DNA from: Candidatus Raskinella chloraquaticus
Lineage (GTDB): Bacteria > Pseudomonadota > Alphaproteobacteria > Rhizobiales > UBA4765
Length of the DNA stretch: 64,000 nucleotides
Direction: 5' to 3'
Assembly (NCBI GenBank): GCA_002365175.1
Contig: DEZK01000016.1
Coordinates: forward strand, 1,352 to 65,351
Positions 21,530-31,083 of this stretch are shown one piece after another (position 1 is the first letter of the stretch; each line of letters opens with the position of its first letter). The position numbers and the translations under genes were made by a program. The notes under the pieces were generated by a model. It did not search any database, was not told where the DNA came from, and saw nothing but the letters and a program-made list of their open reading frames with translations.

Positions 21530-22798
21530 TTATCCCGCCGCCTGCCTGATGGCGGTGGTTTCTCCTGCTCCGTGCCCAGCTTCGGCTGAAACCACGGCAT
21601 CAATGGCCCAGCAGACGATGTCGCCCACGAGGTCACACTCCTCATCCGTCAGCGTCACCGGGGTGCGGATGTCGCATAGCCCGGCCAGCACTGCGTGTGT
21701 CTGCGACAGTGCGCCTTGATCGCCCGCATAGTGCCAGTGGCGCGGCGCGCTGGTGAAGCCGATCTGATGTGGCGCACCGAACCACTTAACCGGCAGGCCC
21801 CGCGCCTTGCATTGGCCGATCACCTCGCTGATTTCGTGCTGCGACAGGCCTTGCAACGAAAACTGCACGGAGGTGGCCGAGTAGCGCTCATTGGGGCTGC
21901 GCTCGGGCAATCGTACCTGCTGCGCACGGGAAAGGCGGGAACTGATCCGGTCGTGGATCTCATTCCAGCGTGCCGCGCGGCGCGGCAACTCAGCCAGTTG
22001 TGGGCGTAGCATCGCGGCGGCAAGCGCCGTCATACGCATGCTGAAATTGGGCGTGCGCTCAGACCAACGGGCCATAACCTCGGGGTCGGGCGTGCTCAGG
22101 TGCTGGGCATGAAGCATGTAGCTGCCGGCATGCAGGATTGCGCGCGCCGCCATGTCAGCGTCATCCAGCACGAGAAAGCCACCCTCCCCTGCATTGAGAT
22201 GCTTGTATGTCTGTGCGCTGAAGGCGCCGACGGCGCCGAATGTACCGATCGTCTGACCGCGCCATGACGCACAGAGCGAGTGGGCACAATCCTCTATCAA
22301 CTTGAGGCCAACCTCGCGGCAGACGGCCACGACAGAGTCCATGTTAGCGATGTGGCCACGCATATGCGAGAGCAGCAACACCTTTGCGCCCGAGGCAAAT
22401 GCCTTGGCGCGCAGGTCAGCCGCATCGATACAGTAATCCTGTCCGATCTCGACGATCACAGCTCTTGCACCGGCATGCGCAATCGCGCCGGGCACGGGAG
22501 CGAGCGTGAAGCCGTTCACCAGCACCGGATCGCCAGGCTGGACATCCAGCACTTTGAGGCCAAGAAAGATCGCACCGCCACCAGAGTTGACAGCCACGCA
22601 ATAGTGCCGCCCGACGAAGGCCGCGAACTCCTGTTCCAGCAACGATGCGTCAGCCTGATCCGCGCCCAGCTCGCCATAGCGGAACAGGCGGCCTGACTTC
22701 ATCAACTCAAGGGCGCGCGCCATGCCTGCAGCCGGGATCGGTTCCGGTTCGGTAAGGTCGCGCGTCAGCTTTGGCAGCTGGGTGACATCAGGTGACAT
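21530..22798 (-). CDS. PLP-dependent aminotransferase, DegT/DnrJ/EryC1/StrS family
   Basis: VNSGG, HMRG, IEDCAH, FSAQTYKHLNAGEGG (PLP lysine); overlaps ATPase stop. Confidence 0.9.
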   Translation of the reverse strand: MSPDVTQLPKLTRDLTEPEPIPAAGMARALELMKSGRLFRYGELGADQADASLLEQEFAAFVGRHYCVAVNSGGGAIFLGLKVLDVQPGDPVLVNGFTLAPVPGAIAHAGARAVIVEIGQDYCIDAADLRAKAFASGAKVLLLSHMRGHIANMDSVVAVCREVGLKLIEDCAHSLCASWRGQTIGTFGAVGAFSAQTYKHLNAGEGGFLVLDDADMAARAILHAGSYMLHAQHLSTPDPEVMARWSERTPNFSMRMTALAAAMLRPQLAELPRRAARWNEIHDRISSRLSRAQQVRLPERSPNERYSATSVQFSLQGLSQHEISEVIGQCKARGLPVKWFGAPHQIGFTSAPRHWHYAGDQGALSQTHAVLAGLCDIRTPVTLTDEECDLVGDIVCWAIDAVVSAEAGHGAGETTAIRQAAG

Positions 22799-23588
22799 TT
22801 GCGCCCTTCTCCTCGCGCAGCGATTTCCAGATCTGGGTCCGCAGATGGACGAAGGACTCCAAATCCATCACATCCTCGATGCGCTGATGTTTGTCCCAGT
22901 TCTCGGCTTGCCGGATGGCGCGGATGTCGAGTACCTCCTTGATGCGGCCAGGACGGCGGGTCATGATCGCAACACGGTCAGCCAGATAGACCGCTTCCTC
23001 CACAGCGTGGGTTATGAATAGTACGGTGCGCGGGTTTACGCGGGCGAGGCGGACCAGTTCCTCCTGCATGACCACGCGGGTCTGCGCATCAAGAGCGCCG
23101 AACGGCTCGTCCATCAACAGCACGTCTGGATCGAGCACATAGGCGCGGGCGATTGCGACGCGCTGCTGCATGCCGCCAGACAATTGGTGCGGGAAAGCCG
23201 CCGCATGGCTTTCGAGGTTCATGAGTTTCAGGGCGCCCGCAACCAGATCGGCTCGCTTGCCCGCGGGCAAGTTCTTGTTGCGCAGACCAAGCTCGATGTT
23301 CTCGCGCACGGTCTTCCATGGGAAGAGCGCGAATTGCTGGAACACCACGGCACGGTCAGGCCCCGGCGCTGTCACCGGTTTGCCGCTGACGCTGACCACG
23401 CCCGCGCTGGGGGCCTCAAAACCCGCGACCATCCGCAGGCATGTGGTCTTGCCGCAGCCCGATGGCCCTACGATGGCGACGAATTCCTTCTCGCCGATTT
23501 CCAGATTGATGTCGTCGAGCGCTTTGACGCCGCCCGTGTTCGGCCCGAAAACCTTGTCAACATGATCGAAGCGGATCGAGCCCATCAT
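22788..23588 (-). CDS. ABC ATP-binding protein (TauB/SsuB-like)
   Basis: GPSGCGKTT, VFQ..ALFPW.TV, LSGGMQQR, MDEPFGALD; start at MMGSIRF with GGAG RBS. Confidence 0.95.
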   Translation of the reverse strand: MMGSIRFDHVDKVFGPNTGGVKALDDINLEIGEKEFVAIVGPSGCGKTTCLRMVAGFEAPSAGVVSVSGKPVTAPGPDRAVVFQQFALFPWKTVRENIELGLRNKNLPAGKRADLVAGALKLMNLESHAAAFPHQLSGGMQQRVAIARAYVLDPDVLLMDEPFGALDAQTRVVMQEELVRLARVNPRTVLFITHAVEEAVYLADRVAIMTRRPGRIKEVLDIRAIRQAENWDKHQRIEDVMDLESFVHLRTQIWKSLREEKGANVT

Positions 23589-23595
23589 CGTCTCC

Positions 23596-24384
23596 TCAAG
23601 CTTCGAGGCCGCGGCGGCGGCGCAGCCAGCCTTCGCCCTGCCGAAGCAAGACATCGATGATCATACCGACGATACCGATAGCGATCATGCCGGCCATCAC
23701 GGTCGGCGTCGCGACATTGGCCTGTGCCTGCACCATCATGAACCCGACCCCGGCCGCGGCAACGATCAGCTCGGCGCCGACGAGGCTTTGCCAGCCGAGA
23801 CCCGCCGAAACGCGCAGGCCGGACACGATGGACGGCGTTGCAGCGGGCAAAAGGATTTCGAGGATTGTACGGGTGTTGCCGGTGCCCAGCATGCGGGCCG
23901 CCTCGATCAGACGAGGTTCGACAAAGCGCGCCCCGCGATAGGCATTGATTAGGCAGGGCGGGAAAGCCCCGGCGAAGATGATCATCACTGGCCCGCCTAT
24001 ACCCGTGCCAAACCAGAGCGCGGCGAACGGCACCCACGCGATGGGCGCAATGAAGCGCAGACCGTCGAAGATCGGCGTGACGATATCATCAAGCAAGCGA
24101 AACCAGCCCATCAACAGGCCAAGCGGCACACCCACCAGCGCAGCCAGCAGCACGCCGACGGCATAGCGCTGGAAAGACGAGGCCAGATGCTGCGGCAGGG
24201 TTGCGCCGGCGAACGGCGACGTCATCAGGTGCAGCATGCGCTGGATGACATCGAGCGGGGTCGGCAGGAACTGGCGCGGGACAATGCCAGAGGCGGCCAG
24301 GAAGGTCCACAGACCAACGAACAGCACGACGCCGAGCGTGCCCCATCCGACGGTCTCAAGGAATCTGAGGGGCGCGCCATTCAT
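23596..24384 (-). CDS. ABC permease (TauC/SsuC-like)
   Basis: PIAWVP, IEAARMLG EAA loop, LVGAEL. Confidence 0.93.
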   Translation of the reverse strand: MNGAPLRFLETVGWGTLGVVLFVGLWTFLAASGIVPRQFLPTPLDVIQRMLHLMTSPFAGATLPQHLASSFQRYAVGVLLAALVGVPLGLLMGWFRLLDDIVTPIFDGLRFIAPIAWVPFAALWFGTGIGGPVMIIFAGAFPPCLINAYRGARFVEPRLIEAARMLGTGNTRTILEILLPAATPSIVSGLRVSAGLGWQSLVGAELIVAAAGVGFMMVQAQANVATPTVMAGMIAIGIVGMIIDVLLRQGEGWLRRRRGLEA

Positions 24385-24387
24385 CGC

Positions 24388-25164
24388 CTAATCCCTCGCT
24401 GCCACATTCCAGGCGAGCGCGTGCTGCTCGGCCATGGCCAGAAGCTTGGTTGTGCCCCAGCCAAGCATGCCGACCGTGACCATGCCGACAAGGATCATGC
24501 CCGGATAGAGATCCTGTTGCGCCATGTTGAGCACGAAGCCGACACCGACCAGCGCGCCGACCAATTCGGCCGCGACCAGCGTGGTCCACGAGGCCTGCAG
24601 CGACAGTCTCAGCCCTGTGAAGATCATCGGGGCTGCAGCCGGCGCTATCACTTCCGTCACCATTCGCCAGCGCGGCGTGCCAAGCATACGCGCGGCTTCG
24701 AGGATCGGACGATCAATAGTGCGCACGCCCGTGAAGCTATTGATGACGGACGGCACGAAGGCTGAAAACCAGATCACCATGATCTTTGCGGCATCGCCAA
24801 GGCCCAGCCAGAGGATCGCCAGCGGAATCCAGGCCAGCGGTGGGATCGGACGGATAACGAGAAAGACCGGGTTGATGGCAGCTTCGACCTTCCGGCTCCA
24901 GCCCATCCAAAGACCGAGGGGCACGCCGGTAGCAACTGCTACAGCAAAGCCCATGACCACGAGCTTCAGGCTATGCAGCGCATGCTGGAGAAGATCACCG
25001 CCGGCGTAGCCGCGACCGGTGATCTGCCGGAACGAGGCCCAAAACTCTGCTGGGGACGGAAAGCGCCCGCCAGAGACCATGCCGGTGACGGTAGTCAGCA
25101 GGAACCATATCGCGACAAGGGCGAGCACGGTGGCCAGGCCGATCCATGTGCGTCGTCCAAGCAT
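24388..25164 (-). CDS. ABC permease (TauC/SsuC-like), first gene of hps operon
   Basis: RPIPPLAWIPL, LEAARMLG, WTTLVAAEL; start MLGRR with GAGGA RBS. Confidence 0.93.
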   Translation of the reverse strand: MLGRRTWIGLATVLALVAIWFLLTTVTGMVSGGRFPSPAEFWASFRQITGRGYAGGDLLQHALHSLKLVVMGFAVAVATGVPLGLWMGWSRKVEAAINPVFLVIRPIPPLAWIPLAILWLGLGDAAKIMVIWFSAFVPSVINSFTGVRTIDRPILEAARMLGTPRWRMVTEVIAPAAAPMIFTGLRLSLQASWTTLVAAELVGALVGVGFVLNMAQQDLYPGMILVGMVTVGMLGWGTTKLLAMAEQHALAWNVAARD

Positions 25165-25195
25165 GACGGCAGTTCCTCGCGATGCCACACATTTA

Positions 25196-25313
25196 ATGCG
25201 AGCGCTTTCATTCACGATTTCAGGAAGAAATTGGCTTGTCAATGCGAATTCTGCCTGATCAATATAGACCAAGACCTCAACTTGAAATGATTTGCGAATG
25301 AAAGATTTTTCAA
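25196..25313. promoter_or_regulatory. Two candidate LacI-type operators in the divergent hps promoter region
   Basis: ATGCGAGCGCTTTCAT (25196-25211) and ATGAAAGATTTTTCAA (25298-25313), both resembling palindrome ATGAAAGCGCTTTCAT. Confidence 0.55.
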
Positions 25314-25325
25314 TAACCTGATGTC

Positions 25326-26381
25326 ATGAGTTTAAACCGCAAACCTCGCCTTGCGGATGTCGCCCGCGATGCAGGCGTGTCACCCGCCACCGTTTCACGG
25401 GCCATTTCGCAGCCGGAGTTGCTGTCAGGCGAAACCCTTGCCAGGGTGCGGCTCAGCGCCCAGCGTCTCGGCTACAGTCCAGATGCCGCAGCACGCGCGC
25501 TGGCCTCAGGGCGTTCCATGACGATCGGCGCAGTGATGCCAACCCTCGATAACGGAATATTCTCCAAGGCGCTTCAGGCCATGCAGGAAAACCTCGCCGC
25601 AGCGGGTTATCAGCTCCTGGTTGCTTCGCATGACTACAACATCGCAGCTGAGACGGACGCCGTACGAACGCTCTTGGCGCGTGGCGTCGACGGCTTGTTC
25701 CTGGTCGGCGCGGAACGCGCTCCAGAAACACGGGCAATGGTGGAAGCCGCTGGCGTACCCATGGTGCTCACCTGGTGCGCCGCGCCCGGACAACCCGCCG
25801 TGGTCGTCGACAATGTCCTCGCCGGCACCCTTGCTGCTCGCCATCTGATCGAAAATGGGCATCATCGCATCGGTGTGATCACGGGACGGCTCAAATTCAA
25901 CGACCGCCAGGAAGCACGGCTGGAAGGCGTCCGAAAGGCTCTCGAAGCAGCTGGATTGACTCTGCCGCTGGCGCTGGCCTGCGAACAGCCGACGAATCTG
26001 GCGGGCGGTCGGATGGGCTGCGCCAAGCTCTTGGAGCTTGCAGAGCCGCCAACCGCAATTATCGGCGGCATTGACCTTATCGCAATCGGCTCCATGGTCG
26101 AGGCACAGGCCCGCGGCCTCTCCGTGCCAAGTGATCTCTCGATCGTCGGCATTGATGATGTCGACATGGCGGCCCATGTCTCCCCTTCGTTGACAACCGT
26201 GCATGTCCCAACGGCACTGATTGGCGCGCAGGCAGCGAAAATGATCGTCGCCTGGTTACGCAACCAGGACGTTGACAAAGCCGTCTGCCTGCCCGTGGAA
26301 CTGATTGTTCGCCGGTCGTGCGGCAGAGTTCCGCAGTCGCCAAGGAGCCCTTTGTCCGGTTCGCACGGTATGGACAGTTGA
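25326..26381 (+). CDS. hpsR: LacI-family transcriptional regulator of the hps operon
   Basis: LADVARDAGVSPATVSR HTH, LGYSPD..ARAL, PSDLSIVGIDD, PSLTTV; divergent from operon. Confidence 0.8.
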   Translation: MSLNRKPRLADVARDAGVSPATVSRAISQPELLSGETLARVRLSAQRLGYSPDAAARALASGRSMTIGAVMPTLDNGIFSKALQAMQENLAAAGYQLLVASHDYNIAAETDAVRTLLARGVDGLFLVGAERAPETRAMVEAAGVPMVLTWCAAPGQPAVVVDNVLAGTLAARHLIENGHHRIGVITGRLKFNDRQEARLEGVRKALEAAGLTLPLALACEQPTNLAGGRMGCAKLLELAEPPTAIIGGIDLIAIGSMVEAQARGLSVPSDLSIVGIDDVDMAAHVSPSLTTVHVPTALIGAQAAKMIVAWLRNQDVDKAVCLPVELIVRRSCGRVPQSPRSPLSGSHGMDS

Positions 26382-26398
26382 GTTTGGGGACAGGCCAA

Positions 26399-26493
26399 CA
26401 GCAGCTTTCGGCCAACTGCTGACGTCGTGCCAGCTGTCCGCTTATTTGGTTTGAGTGCCGACAGCGGCCATTCCACTTACGGCCCCAAAGCCG
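26399..26493. repeat. Cluster of three short hairpins at the hps-module / ICE-relic junction
   Basis: CAGCAG-N11-CTGCTG (26399-26421), GCTGTC..GACAGC (26433-26465), CGGC-N6-GCCG (26480-26493). Confidence 0.4.
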
Positions 26494-26496
26494 AAA

Positions 26497-26874
26497 TCAC
26501 TTCCCCTCCTCCGTCCCCACATCCTCCGCGATCTCCTGTTGGAGCTTCGGTCCCTTGGCGAGGCGGCGACCGAGCGCGGCCACAAAAGCATCATATAGCT
26601 CCCCGGCCTTCGCGCGAGCGGCCTGAGCGGCGGGTTCAGGTAGCGTCGGCGTCGTGGCAAGCCAGAAGCGGATGAACACAGCGAGTGTTTCCACGGCGAT
26701 ATCGACATCTCGCTCGAGCCTGATCATGCGGCGGTCAAGCTGATCGAGGCGCTTGGCGATCAGGGACTGCGGCTGGTCTCGACGGGCGGCGTAGTCCGCG
26801 AGCATCTTCATGATGGGTTGATCGAGATAGACCGAGATCTGCGCCTTCTTCTTGCTACGGGCCGCGGCGTTCAT
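26497..26874 (-). CDS. CopG/ribbon-helix-helix protein of traG-copG-trbB type ICE backbones, probably internally deleted
   Basis: ISVYLD, RLERD..IAVETLAVFIRFWL, LGRRLAKG; overlaps traG stop. Confidence 0.8.
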   Translation of the reverse strand: MNAAARSKKKAQISVYLDQPIMKMLADYAARRDQPQSLIAKRLDQLDRRMIRLERDVDIAVETLAVFIRFWLATTPTLPEPAAQAARAKAGELYDAFVAALGRRLAKGPKLQQEIAEDVGTEEGK

Positions 26875-28859
26875 AGCTCAATGCCGTCATTCGGGTCGAG
26901 CGAGGCCTGCCGCGCGACATTCTGCATGAGCCGGGTCATCCGGCTGTTTCGGGTGGCGTTGTCCATGTCATCATCCTGATCGGCATCAAGCTCGAACTCG
27001 TTCCCGATCGACGGCTGCTTTTCCGCCCGCGTCACCCGGCTTAATTCGGGCTGGTGGCGACGTTCCGATCCGGTCGTATCTTCATCTGCTGGGGCATCGG
27101 TGGATTTTGGCTCCATTGGACTGGAACGCGACGGAAACGGAAACGCACCCCAATCGTCCGCCCGCCTCTGCTCTGGCGTGGCGAGCGTTGGCGGCGGCAG
27201 GAGGCGTTCCTTCAGCCTGATATCCTCATAATAACGCGCCTTCTTCGCCCGGATCGGCGGCGTGCCGGCGATCATGACGATTTCTTCGGTCGGCGGAAGC
27301 TGCATGATCTCGCCGGGCGTGAGCAGCGGCCGCGCGGTTTCCTGACGGGAGACCATGAGATGCCCGAGCCAGGGCGAAAGGCGGTGGCCGGCGTAGTTGC
27401 GCATGGCGCGCATCTCTGTGGCCGTGCCGAGCGCATCCGACACGCGCTTGGCCGTGCGCTCGTCATTCGTGGCGAAGCTGACGCGGACATGACAATTATC
27501 GAGGATCGAGTTGTTTGGACCGTAGGCTTTCTCGATCTGGTTCAGCGATTGGGCGATCAGGAATGCCTTCAGCCCATAGCCGGCCATGAAGGCGAGCGCG
27601 CTTTCGAAGAAATCGAGCCGCCCCAACGCGGGGAACTCATCGAACATCAGAAGCAGGCGATGGCGATCGGTCTTCGCGTGGAGGTCCTCGGTCAGACGGC
27701 GGCCGATCTGGTTGAGGATCAGGCGGATCAGCGGTTTCGTACGGTTGATGTCCGAGGGCGGCACGACGAGATAGAGCGTCGTTGGCTGCTTGCCGCCGAC
27801 GATATCGCTGATACGCCAGTCGCAACGCCGCGTCACCTCGGCAACCACAGGATCGCGATAGAGCCCAAGGAAGGACATGGCGGTGGAGAGAACGCCGGAG
27901 CGTTCGTTGTCGGATTTATTCAGAAGCTCCCGCGCCGCGCTGGCGATGACGGGGTGGGAACCACCCTCCCCGAGATGCGCTGAGGTCATCATCGCGGCGA
28001 GCGTCGATTCGATCGATCGCCTGGGATCAGAGAGAAAGGCGGCAACGCCGGCGAGCGTCTTGTCAGCCTCGGCATAGAGGACATGCAGGATCACACCAAC
28101 GAGCAGTGCATGACTGGTCTTCTCCCAATGGTTCCGCTTTTCGAGGCTGCCCTCGGGGTCGACCAGGATATCGGCGATGTTCTGGACGTCGCGCACCTCC
28201 CACTCTCCACGCCGGACTTCCAGCAACGGATTGTAGGCGGAGGATTTCGCATTGGTGGGATCGAAGAGCAGCACGCGTCCATGGCAGGCACGAAAACCGG
28301 CGGTGAGTTGCCAGTTCTCGCCCTTGATGTCGTGAACGATGGCTGAGCCCGGCCAGGTCAGCAGCGAGGGCACGACGAGGCCGACGCCCTTGCCGGACCG
28401 CGTCGGCGCGAAGCAGAGCACATGTTCCGGACCATCATGACGGAGATAACTCTCCCCGTAGCGACCCAGCACGACGCCATCATCATCGAGGAGCCCGGCC
28501 GCCCTCACCTCCTCCGTCCCGGCCCAGCGCGCCGAGCCATAGGTCTCGACGTTCTTCGCCTCCCGCGCCCGCCAGACCGACATGAGAATCGCGGCGGTGA
28601 TCGCCATGAACCCGCCGGATGCGGCGATGAACGCGCCTTCGGTGAAAATCCCAGGCGCATAGGCGTCATAGAAATACCATCACCAGAAGAAGGCCGGCTG
28701 CGGATAGAAGGACCAACCGAGCACCATGAACCATGGCGATCCAAGCCCGGCCTGAAACCCCAGCCGCCATGCTACATACTCCGTCGCACCCCAGGTCGTC
28801 GCTAGCACGATCAGGGTAACGACAAGGATCTGGCCCCATAGGATTTTCGTGGCGGACAA
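26871..28859 (-). pseudogene. traG: Type IV coupling protein TraG/VirD4 with premature TGA
   Basis: (M)SATKILWGQ..PAFFW*WYFYDAYAP continues in frame into YGSARWA, FAPTRSGKGVG, DEFPALG; stop at 28680-28682. Confidence 0.9.
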
Positions 28860-29079
28860 GATGGCGTTCCTCGACAGCAATGCCATCAAGCTCAGGGGCT
28901 GGTGCCAAGGATTGCAAGGCTTCGCGACCGGGGGTCGCAACCTTGGCGAGACCAGAGAATAAAGACAGGGAAAAGCGTGGGAGGCAGCCATGGAGCAAAA
29001 ATGATGGCTTGCGACCCAAACGGCCATTCGCTCCCGAAGTGCGTTTGCGCCGAAGAGGTGTATTCTCACCCGCAACACG

Positions 29080-29772
29080 ATGAGCGGGAGTTCACCTTTG
29101 CTGCCATTCTCCGATCCCGAATCCGTCGCCCGTTATGCCGAAGGTCCAGCGCGGAAAGTTCCGGGCTTTCACGATCTCCAGAAGATGACCAGCATCCTTC
29201 TGGCCGAACGCGTAAAGGACGGTGCGCATGTGCTGGTCCTCGGCGCTGGTGGTGGACTGGAGCTGAAAGTCTTCGCCGAGATGCAGGCCGGGTGGCGATT
29301 CTGCGGCGTTGATCCCTCAGCGGAGATGCTGGATTTGGCCAGGCGCACCCTCGGACCTATTGCTTCGCGCGTCGACCTTTATGAAGGGTACATCGACACC
29401 GCGCCGGTCGGACCGTTCGATGCAGCGACCTGTCTCCTCACTCTCCATTTCCTAGCGGAGGACGAACGCCGGCGCACATTGGCCGAAGTGCATCGACGCT
29501 TGAAGCCCGGCGCTCCACTTGTTGTCGCCCATCACAGCTTTCCTCAGGAAGGTGGAGAAAAAGCAAAATGGCTCGCCCGCTATGTTGCCTTTTCGGTGGC
29601 ATCCGGCGCACCGCCCGCGAATGCGGAAAGTATGGTCACCGCCATGAGCGAGCGGCTGCCGGCGCTGTCCCCGGAGCAGGACGCAAAACTGCTGCGGGAT
29701 GCAGGATTTGTTGACGTTGCCCAGTTCTATATGGGTTTCACATTCAGAGGCTGGGTTGCTTACAAGGCTTAA
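29080..29772 (+). CDS. Class I SAM-dependent methyltransferase (CmoA-like)
   Basis: [33 protein letters not shown]. Confidence 0.88.
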   Translation: MSGSSPLLPFSDPESVARYAEGPARKVPGFHDLQKMTSILLAERVKDGAHVLVLGAGGGLELKVFAEMQAGWRFCGVDPSAEMLDLARRTLGPIASRVDLYEGYIDTAPVGPFDAATCLLTLHFLAEDERRRTLAEVHRRLKPGAPLVVAHHSFPQEGGEKAKWLARYVAFSVASGAPPANAESMVTAMSERLPALSPEQDAKLLRDAGFVDVAQFYMGFTFRGWVAYKA

Positions 29773-29841
29773 CCGGTGATGCCGGCCTGGTTGAGGGGCA
29801 AACCGGGATGCTGAACAGCCGCCCTCCCATTGGAAGCCTAT

Positions 29842-30823
29842 TGACGTTGTCCCCAAGTATGATCCAGTCGTGAGTTCGCTCTGAGGGTTGGATTTCGGGT
29901 TTGCGCGGATGGGAGCGTCGGGGTCTGGCGCGGAGCCTTTGGGGGAGCGCACCGCCAGACCCTGGCGCGGGTGGAAGGTGCTTGCGAAGGCCGAGGGCGT
30001 TTGCCAATTCAGTTTCGAGTGAGGGCGCGTGCCATTATAGTCCGTCCGCCAGATCGACAGGGCAATGCGGGCCTGCACCAGCGTGGTGAACAGCGTCTCG
30101 TTCAGGAACTCATCGCGCAACCGGCCATTGAAGCTCTCGATGAACCCGTTCTGCATCGGCTTTCCGGGCGCGATGTAATGCCATTCGACCCTGGCCTTAT
30201 CCGCCCAACCGAGGATGGCGTTGGACGTAAACTCGATCCCGTTGTCGCTGACAATCATCTTCGGTTTGCCGCGTTCGATCATCAACCGGTCGGGTTCACG
30301 CGCCACCCGAACCCCGCCCAGTGAGGTGTCCGCCAAGAGCGCCAGGCATTCGCGCGTGCAGTCATCAACGATGGTGAGGATGCGGAACCGCCGGCCGTCG
30401 GTGAGCTGATCTGACACGAAGTCCAGGCTCCAGCGCTCGTTGGGTCGCAGCGGAATCAACATTGGCGTGCGCGTCCCGATGGCCCGTTTGCGACCACCAC
30501 GACGGCGAACGGTGAGCTTTTCCTCCCGATAGAGCCGGAAGAGCTTCTTATGGTTCACGGCATGACCCTCCCGCTTGAGCAGCACATGCAAGCGCCGATA
30601 ACCAAAGCGGCGGCGTTCATGCGCAATCGCTTTCATCCGCTCACGCAGTGCGGCATCATCCTGTCGAACAGTTTCGTATCGCATCGTCATCCGGCAAGAG
30701 CCGATGGTTTTACACGCCCGCCGTTCGCTCATCCCGTGGTTCGCCACAAGATGCACGACAGCTTTTCGCTCGCAGACAAACCTGTGCAGTCTGCGCAAGC
30801 TTGACTGCAGCGGGCGTCACCAT
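29842..30823 (-). pseudogene. IS3 transposase OrfB (DDE) frameshifted by a 34-bp insertion; reading frame runs through the IR
   Basis: [28 protein letters not shown]; MVTPAA and ERKAVVHL lie in different frames. Confidence 0.85.
30771..30804. repeat. 34-bp palindromic mini-insertion inside IS3 orfB
   Basis: CGCAGACAAACCTGTGCAGTCTGCGCAAGCTTGA; removing it restores [14 protein letters not shown]; contains CGCAGAC/GTCTGCG inverted repeat. Confidence 0.75.
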
Positions 30824-31083
30824 TTCTTTCCCAGTAAATCCTTCAGCGCCACATTGTCGAGCATGGCGTCGGCCAGCATCCGTTTGAGCTTGCCGTTCTC
30901 GTCTTCCAGAGCCCGAAGACGCTTGGCCTCGGACACATCCATGCCGCCGAACCTGGCTTTCCATTTGTAAATGCTGGCATCGCTGACACCGTGCTTGCGG
31001 CAAAGATCAGCGACCGAGACCCCTGCCTCGTGCTCCTTCAGGATCCCGATGATTTGTTCTTCCGTGAATCGACTGCGCTTCAT
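30817..31083 (-). CDS. IS3 transposase OrfA (HTH)
   Basis: MKRSRFTEEQIIGILKEHEAG..LCRKHGVS..LEDEN..KKW. Confidence 0.92.
   Translation of the reverse strand: MKRSRFTEEQIIGILKEHEAGVSVADLCRKHGVSDASIYKWKARFGGMDVSEAKRLRALEDENGKLKRMLADAMLDNVALKDLLGKKW

Noticed and set aside
21530-22798. DegT enzyme as the missing WbpE for wbpA/wbpB
   Set aside because: It is 21 kb away, on the other side of the island boundary, translationally coupled within the sulfonate operon, and divergent from WbpE-type sequences
28680-28682. TGA recoding (Sec/Trp) in traG
   Set aside because: TGA is a normal stop throughout the window, the position is Trp in a WWW run, and the rest of the transfer system is decayed
29452-29841. 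C-terminal extension of IS3 OrfB over the methyltransferase
   Set aside because: Read-through past the IR (TCA where a stop is expected), antisense to a real gene
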